A stretch of DNA of 64,000 bases from assembly GCF_009914755.1 (NCBI RefSeq), contig NC_060927.1. One strand, given 5' to 3'. The stretch's first letter is position 1, and each line of letters starts with the position of its first letter. Made by a program: the position numbers and the translations under genes. The DNA comes from the human T2T-CHM13v2.0 reference genome, Homo sapiens. Below are positions 55,843-64,000 of the stretch, one piece after another. Under the pieces are notes generated by a model. It worked only from the letters and a program-made list of their open reading frames with translations. It was not told where the DNA came from and ran no database searches.

Positions 55843-58800
55843 TTCTACAGGACAGACAACTTGGTTTCTTCAACAAATAAGTCTGGGGGACCCTCATCAG
55901 TACTCAAGGCCTGAGCAGGTTCTGGAGCTCAGCACCCTGAGGGTTGGCCCTAAGAGCCCCATGACTTGTAGGAAGCTACTTGCTAGTGTTTGAGGGTTTC
56001 CAACCCTTCCTGATAACAGGGCGATAGACCCCTTTCCCAGGACTCCAGTTCCCACAAAGGAAAAAACAAAAAGTGGGAGTCTTAAAGAAACTTAAGAAAA
56101 ATGTCAGCCAAATGCAATCAATGTGTGAGCTGTGTTTGGATCCTGATTTAAACAAACCAACTACAAATGGCCATCAGTGAGGCAACTAGGGAATTTAAAC
56201 TAGAGATATTTGATGATATTGAGGAATGATTATTAACTTTCAGGTGTTATAACAGCATGTGGTTATGTTTTTGAAAAAAGAGTTCTTACTTCTTAGAGGT
56301 ACTGAAGTATTTACAGATGAAGTGATATGTGTCTGGAATTTGCTTTAAGTAATCCAGTGGCCAGAGGCAAAGGAAGAAGTGGGAGAGGGAACTGGAGATG
56401 AAACAAGATTGATCATATGTTAAAAATGTTTAAAGCTGGTCATGGACACATGGGAGATTTTCTCAATTATTTTCTCTACTTTTGTGATTGTTTGAAAATT
56501 TCCATAGTAAAAAGATATTTGTAAACAAATTGGTACTATTCCTTAGCTCCTTAAGTAATGCACCTAATGAAATCCACGTACATGGTAATTATGTAGTTGG
56601 CAGAACGAAAACAGTACATCAAATCAGAGAAGAAGGCATTAATCCTATTGAAGCAAAGCTGACTTTCTAAAGATTCTGGGCATTCCATTCCTAAATAGCA
56701 TTTGGGAACTTTTTGTCCCATGCCCATACCTAAGTAGATGGTCTGCTTTTAATTTACATTTTGGAAACTGTTTGCATAAAGGGAAGGTTAAAATATTACT
56801 ACTGTCAATCATATGAAAGACAACAGATATTTGGATGTCAAAAGAGTTGATTCACTTGAAAAGATTGGAACTCACTAGACAGGGGCTAAGCGGGAGTATG
56901 GCCTTTCAGGCACTATCTCAGCTTCCTCTGCCCCGTCTCTGAATCCACTGGGTGCCATCACTCTGCCTCCCAGCCTGCACTGTGAACTTGCCATTGAGCC
57001 CTCTGGGGCCAGCATGCTCATGTCAGCCTTCCTTCTCTCCTCTGCTGGTTTGCCTTTCTCTCTCCAGCTCCTGTCTCAGCCTGCAGCCATGGCATGTGGC
57101 ACAGTGTGGGAAGGGGCCAGACTCCTGACCCTGCTGTAAATCTCCCTGCGAGGAAGGGCTCAAGTTCTCACTTTCCCTTCTCTGGGTCTACAGGTAGCCT
57201 TCCTTCACCAGCCCTAGCCAGGAAGGTAGGCAGCCTCCTGTGCCCTCCTGGCCTCCTGGGAAGCTGGCCAGGCTGGAACCCACCACCTAGGTCCTCCCCA
57301 CCCTTTGTAGGGTGCTGCCCTGGATGGAAGGTGAGTGAGGAGGTGCACACAGAATCAGAGGGGCAGAGTAGAAGGCTAGCAGAAGAGAGCATGTGGTGGA
57401 ACCAAAAGGATGGGCTTATATACCCCCAAAGTAGGCACAGGCACAGTCTGCACACACTTGAAGAATGAAAAGGTGAGTGAGTCCAAAATATGGTCAGCCT
57501 GATGAGAGGGAGAGGCAGCCTGGGAAGGGAGTCAGCCAGTTACTGATTCAATCTTCTAGAAAATAGAGGCTGTGAGCCAGACCCTGGCTGAGCAGCTGGG
57601 GTCTGCAGTGCTTGGGACATGACCCTACAGCTGAAGGCTCCCTATTTAGATGTCACAGCTTGATACCTAAAGGACTGTCATCAGAGCATTGGCCTGGGAA
57701 ATCCTAATTGGGGTTCAGGGCCTGGGGGACCCTCATCAGTGCTCGGGGCCTGAGAGAGCAGGTTCTGGAGCTCAGCACCCCTGAGGGTTGGCCCTAAGAA
57801 CTTCGTGACTTGTAGCTACTTGTTAGTGTTTGAGGGTTTCCAATCCTTCCTGATAACAGGGCCATAGACCCTTTTCCCAGGACTCCAGTTCCCAAACAGG
57901 AAAGGTTGGCTGCCAATGTAGTGAGATCAGGCCAGGTAAGAGGAAAGGAAAGGCCTCCCCAGGACTCTTGCCTATAACCAGCAGCTGAGCCAGCCTCACC
58001 CTGCAGAGAGAAGCACCCCCCAGGTGAGGGACTGTGAGTGCAAAAGTTGGCAAAGCACTGCCCTAAGTGGCTCTGATGCCCCTGTTCCCTGACCTCCTCA
58101 GCTGGGCTCCCTAAGCTGTGGCAGCATGAACAAGGAGAGTGAGGGCCAGAGGACACTAGGTCCCCAGGAGGAGCCCCTGTGAGTCCAGCCAACCCAACAC
58201 ATCCCACTCAGAGGCAAACAGAACCCGACATGAACTCCTAGTATCTCTTTGACCTCACCCCGCTTCTGGTTTCTCTAGGGCAGGGTGGGGACATAGCCCA
58301 GGATGTCAGATTTAAGAACAGGCCACGCTAAAGCGCAAACGTTTTGATCAGACTGGCAAATGTGCATGCTGTGGCCCGCACTGGCCCTGCGGACCTGCCT
58401 TCCTCTGCCCCATTGGATCCTGCACATAGTCTGCCATGACCACTCAACCGTTTGTCATCCATAAGAGTGTGTCACATGTGTCTCATCATGAGTTCCTTGA
58501 CTCAGCGGCAGCACAGGGCCTGCCACAGAGGCACAAATGAGAGAAGTTGAGTCAATAAGAGGGAGAGAGGAGTGGACGATGCTCGTAGCCTTGGGAGCCC
58601 TCTGGGAAGTGCCCTGCTTATTTGGCCCTTGGCTGTATAGCTGCAAAGGAAGGTGGCATTTGGCCGAGCCCAGAGGGTTGCAAAGCCAGACTTCCCAGGA
58701 GAAAAGTTCCAAGGGCTGAAATTCCTCAGTCCAAGAAGCAGAGGCTACCCAGGGACTGGAATCAGCTTTCCCAGGATGTGCTCAGCTTCCATCCAGATGT

Positions 58801-58999
58801 GTGATGAGCAAGGGCCTCAGATGTGCCTTGGCTCTCTAGATGACTCATGCAGCCAGAGTGGGCATCGGAAGTCCACTGAGCAGAGGCCCCATTGGCTCAG
58901 GCTCCTCTACCTGCCCTGGGGATTCCATTTCAGAACCTCCTGCAGGGTCAGGAAGCATGTGGCAGAGGGCAGGGTGGGAGCAGCAGGACTTTATACCAT

Positions 59000-59160
59000 A
59001 CAACCTGAGTGGCACACTGGAATCACATTTTTAAAAATATTAATATTCTAGTCCCACCCCAGACCAATTGAATCAGAAGCAGTGGGGTGGGGCCCAGGTG
59101 TTGATAATTTTTTGAAGTTTGCCAAGGGATTACAGTGTGCAGCCGAGACAGAGAATCTCT
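59000..59160. mobile_element. MER5-like hAT fragment
   Basis: cccaccccagaccaattgaatcagaa...ggggtggggcccagg. Confidence 0.65.
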
Positions 59161-60089
59161 GGCCTAGCTCTAATTGGCTCTAACTTCTCATGAAATAAAA
59201 TGCAAAAAAGTAGTGAGAAGGAGGTGCTTGGAGGTGAGCCTCTGGCCATGGCATCTATGGCGACCTGACTTAAGCTTCATTGTCATCTCTCCTGGACCAT
59301 GCGTTACAGCATTACCTGCCAACTGGTCCTTGTCCCCAAGATAAAATGCAAACTCCTGAGCCTGGCACACAACAGAATGCCCACTGCCCAGAAAACAACC
59401 TTGAGTCATGCAGGGTTTGTTCTGGGAGTACTGCTGGGTCTTGGCTCCTAATGGTGTCAGAGGAGAGGAGAGAGAGTGGATGGCAGGGAGTAGACTGCAA
59501 AGGTAAGAATGCAGGCTTTGGGATCAGTTTGGTTTCAAATCAGACACTATGACCTTGAAAAAATAACCTCCCTGAGCCTCTTTTTCATCTGTAAACTGAG
59601 GACAATGATTCTGGCTGCCTCAGACATTGAAGGTGAGAGATTTAAGGAGGAGTCCTCAGTTCTGCCTGGTAGCAGGAAGGGCTTGATGAAGGGGTACTGC
59701 CATTAACGTTAATGTGCGCCCAAACATGTTACTTGCCACAATGGCGAGCTCTCTGGGGGAAAAGTGGTGTTGGCCTGATTCAGTCTGCCTTCCCTGTGAG
59801 TGGCCAACAGAGTTTTGATTCCCACGAGGCTTACGGTGAAGGTGGTACAGCTCACCTGAAGAGGTTTGCTTGCCATAAAACTGCCCCACCTGATTCCACT
59901 TAAGGCTGAGTAAGACGTCTGCCTGGGTAAGGAAAAGTATGGGGACATTTATGGAACCCACTGAGTCATAGCCTGGGCTTTTGCAACACCTGGGACTTAG
60001 AGGCTGCCAGGGTACCACTACAAATGTCACCTTCCCATCCTCAGGTGTGTCAGAGGGCTCGAAGGTAGATCCTGAAGTTTTGTGGGAAA

Positions 60090-60310
60090 AGCTCATGCTT
60101 TGAAGGCTGCCAGATCCGTGCGCAAATTCAGGCTTGGCTTCTTCCTAGCTCTGTGGCCTGGAACAAAACTGAACACTTCTGAGCCTCAGTTTGCCCATCT
60201 CTAAAGTGGAGGTAATAATACCAACCTCACAGAGCGGCACTGATGACAAGAGATCACACATATGATGCACCCAGCATGGCACAGGGCATACAATGGATGC
60301 TCAACTTCCA
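60090..60310 (+). mobile_element. MIR (a further MIR fragment at ~59500-59700)
   Basis: ctgagcctcagtttgcccatctctaaagtggaggtaataatacc core. Confidence 0.7.
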
Positions 60311-61734
60311 CCAGGACTCCTTTCCTTCCACCTGTGCTGGGAATAAGAACCACAGTTCTTGGCCAGACTGCTAGCCAAGGATGCTGACTCACATAGGATG
60401 GCCATGTGGTGTAGGTGTGGTAAGAAGTGGGTGACAGTGCTCAGCTTATCAGAACTGCTGGAAAGCAAACCCTTTGAGTTTCTCACTTCCACCCCTAAAG
60501 AAATCAATGAAGTCTGACGCAATGTTTATTCTTCAGAAATTGGGTTATGGCCTTCCTGAGAAGATGTCCTGATTGCCTGCCACAACCCCAGAGTGAGGTG
60601 GGCGAGTGCCCACCAAGGGCCTGCCGCTCTAATGTTTGCCCCATGGCCGTTTGCATGTCTGTCTCCCCACTACGTGGTGAGTGCCATGAGGACAGGGCTG
60701 TGTCTCATTCATCATGGTGTGCCTGGAACCCAGCACAAGGGATCTGCCAGTGTAGCCTCTGGGCCCCCAAACATAGAGTGAAACATTCAAATACCAGGAT
60801 GGAGCCTGTCCTCCAGATGGCACAGGCAGACACCCTCAGCTCTGCTAGCCAAGGACCATATAGAGTTGACCCTCCATCAAGAAATCAGCCAATTTGGTTG
60901 CTGGGCAGACAGGCCTTGTTAGGGTCGCCCCAGCCTCCCCAGCTTGCTGACCTGCCTGTGAGGACAGTCTGTGTGCCCAGCACCCCTTTGAGACTGGCCT
61001 GTGTGCAGTGGCAAGGCCCTGTCGTCTCAGAGAAGGAACAGGAGTTTGGGCTGCGCAAGAACACACTTCCTGGAGGGGAGGGCAACCTTGCAATGGGAGA
61101 GAGCAGACACCCTTACCTGTTCCCAACAACTCATATAAGGCTTCTTTCTGGCTGAGCTACTGCACTCCCTGTAGCCTACTCCCTGCATAGGAAAGTGTCC
61201 TTGAGTCTCCCCAGCTTGGACAAGCAGGCTCTTGTAAGGTCTTTGACTATTACTCTGAATGAAATGAGAACCACTGGAAGGCTTTGAACTGCAGAGTGAT
61301 ATGTTCTGTCTTAGTTTTAACAGGATCTGTCTGGCTGTTCTGTTGAGAATAAACTGAAGAGTAACAGGCTGGAAGTGTGAGACCACTTAGGGGGTTACTT
61401 GATACTGACAGTGTGCATTTCACATGAACCAAGGCTTAATCCTCAGCCCAAAAATCTATGAAGTAGGTATAATTATAATCAATCTTTTTTTACACATCAG
61501 AAAACTGAATCAAAGAGGTTAGGAAACTCCCCAAATATAAACAGCCAGTAACTGGTAGAGTCAAGATTTGGACCCAGGCATTCTGGCTCTAGAGTCCATG
61601 TATTTAATCAGTTCACTATATAGCATGTGTAAGAGGTCATCTGACTCTAGAGATATTTCAAGGGAAGAATTAATATGATCAAATAATAATGTGGTATAAG
61701 GTATCAGGAAAGAAACCAAGAATGATCTTAAGGT

Positions 61735-63970
61735 GTACTTCTCACCACTTCTGTTCAATATAATACTGGTGGTACTAGCCTGGGCAATATGGCAAGAAAA
61801 AGAAATAAAAGGGTAAAGATTAGAAAGGAAGAAGTAAAACTATCTTTATTTGCAGACAACACGCTCATGTACACTGAAAACCCTAAGGGATCTATAAAAA
61901 CAGTTGCTGGAAGTAATAAGAGAACTCAGAAAGGTTGCAGGTTACAGAATGAGTATATATAAAATATATATATTTTATTTCTATATACCAGTAATGAATA
62001 ATTGGAAAATGAGATTTTTTGAAAAAAACAATTAGGTAGAATCAAGAAATATGAAATGCTTAGAGATAAATTTAACAAAGTACGTAACAAAGTATGTGCA
62101 AGCCTTGAAAACTAGAAAACATTATTTTTTTTTTTGATACAACTTATTTTATTATTTTATTTTTTTTGGAAGGTTTTTTTTTTATTACTATTATTATTAT
62201 ACTTTAAGCTTTAGGGTACATGTGCACAATGTGCAGGTTAGTTACATATGTATACATGTGCCATGCTGGTGCGCTGCACCCACTAACTCGTCATCTAGCA
62301 TTAGGTATATCTCCCAATGCTATCCCTCCCCACTTAGCAAACATTATTAACAGAACCTAAAGAAACAAAAAGATATATCACTTTCATGGATTGGAAGACT
62401 ATATTTTTAAGATGTTAATTCTCACCCAGTTTTTTCTATGCAACGCCAATCAAAATTCCAGCTGGTTTTTCTTATAAGAGTAGGCAAACTAACATTAAAA
62501 TGTATACAGAAATGCTAAAGACCTATACAATCTTGAAATAGAATATATTTGGTGAACTTACACTATATTTGATTTTCAGATGTACCAGAAAGCTATAGTA
62601 ATCAAGATAGTGTGGTATAGGCATAAGATCAAAGAAACAGATTAGATAGTCCAGAAACAAAACTAAACATATGGTCAACTGATACTCAACAAAGATGCAA
62701 AAATAACTCAATGGGAAAAAGGATAACATCTTTTCAACAAATGATTCAGGAAGAACTGAATATTTGTAAAGAAAAATTTTAAGGAATCTCAATTCTTACC
62801 TCATACCATACACAAAAACTAACTTGAAACGGAGCATATACCCAAAGGTAAAAACAAAAACTATAAAGTTTATAGAGGAAAATATAGGAGTAGATATTTG
62901 TAAACTTAGGGCAGGCCATGATTTTTCAGGACATAAAAGGTACTGACCATAACAGAAAAACTATCACTTAGATTTTATCAAAATTAAAAACTTCTCTTCA
63001 AAAGACATGTTTGACAAAAGGAAAAAACAAGCCACAAGCCAAGAGAAAATATTTACAATACCTAAAATAGGCAAAGGGTTTGTATACAAAATATATAAAT
63101 AACTCTTACAACTCAATGATAAGAATGATAAACAACCTATTTTTAATGGGCAAAAGATTTGAACAGATACTTTACAAAATAAAATGTACCAGTGACCAGT
63201 AAGCACATGAAAAGATACTCAACATCATCAGTAATCAGGGAAATATGAATTAAGACCACAACCGGATACCACTAAACATCCAATGGAATCATTAACATTT
63301 AAAAACTAATAACACCGAAGGTTGGCAAGAATATGGAGCAAACAGAACTCTCATACATTGTTCATACATTGTGCAAGTGTAAAATGATAAAACAGTCTAC
63401 ACATTTCTTATAAAGTTAAACACATAGTAGCCATATGACTCAACAATTCCACTCCTAGGTTTTGAGAAAAAGGAAAACATGTTCACAGAAAGACTTGTAC
63501 ACAAATATTTATAAGATTAGAAAGGGAGAAGTAAAACTAGTTTTATTCATAATAGCCCCCAAACTGAAAGCAACCCAGATATACCTCAGTAGATAAATGA
63601 AGAAACAAAGTATAGTATGTGCCTACCACGGAATATTACTTAGCAACCAAAATGAACCAACTAACAATTCTCTACAACAGTATGGTCAGCAAAAGAGCCA
63701 GAGGGAAAAGAATACAGACTGTCTGATTTCATTCATATGGACTCCTAGAAAGGACAAAATTAACTTACAGTCACAGAAAGCAGATCAGCAGTTGCCTGTG
63801 ACTGGAGCTGGGGAGCAACTGGCTGCAAAGGAATCTGAGGGAACTTTCTGGGGGTGATGGAAATCTTCTCAGCGTTGATTTGGGTTGTGGTTATCCAAGT
63901 GTATACAGTTTTTAAAAATTCATCCAAATGTACACTTAAAATAGGTGCATTTTATTATATGTATATCATA
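61735..63970 (+). mobile_element. Old L1M ORF2 C-terminal remnant plus 3'UTR, frame-disrupted
   Basis: RT motif remnant LFAD (ttatttgcagac), catggattggaagact, gatagtgtggta, aatgggcaaaagatttgaacaga. Confidence 0.9.
62125..62338 (-). mobile_element. Young 5'-truncated L1PA (L1PA2/3-like) 3' end, nested antisense in the old L1
   Basis: Near-consensus L1 3'UTR with GAG (not Ta ACA) at the diagnostic site; TSD aaacattatt at 62117-62126 and 62339-62348. Confidence 0.92.
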
Positions 63971-64000
63971 AACGCATTGTTAGGTGATCTCATCATTAGG

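Larger units (their letters stand above)
53000..56520 (+). mobile_element. Old L1M (L1MC/MD/ME-like) 3' region with nested insertions
   Basis: A-rich degenerate ORF2-end and 3'UTR motifs (cacacaatggagtgctatgcagc; tttgaaaatttccata). Confidence 0.7.

Overview
Primate (almost certainly human) genomic DNA, chr3q22. The only protein-coding sequence I can firmly support is the 96-bp first coding exon of SLCO2A1 (prostaglandin transporter OATP2A1, minus strand, 2845-2940), with its TATA box and CpG-island promoter. Bases 1-2844 are intron 1 and hold the 3' end of an antisense HERV-E/Harlequin provirus (env tail, PPT, LTR2). The remaining ~61 kb is repeat-rich upstream DNA: a decayed MER4-group ERV1 provirus, a solo LTR12C, MaLR LTRs, hAT DNA transposons, many Alus, L1/L2/MIR fragments and microsatellites. 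Most ORF-track entries are repeat-derived or spurious. I see no new multi-gene system. The best leads are: (1) a candidate upstream phase-0 alternative first coding exon of SLCO2A1 at ~25.2 kb; (2) a 46-bp-arm inverted repeat at 31.5 kb; (3) three separate short local templated insertions; (4) a sense-oriented LTR12C and an antisense HRE-bearing LTR2 as candidate promoters; (5) a young L1 fragment with a probable short 3' transduction; (6) an AP-1/ARE motif cluster at 58.5-60.4 kb. Repeat subfamily names come from recalled consensus sequences, and boundaries of old repeats are approximate.
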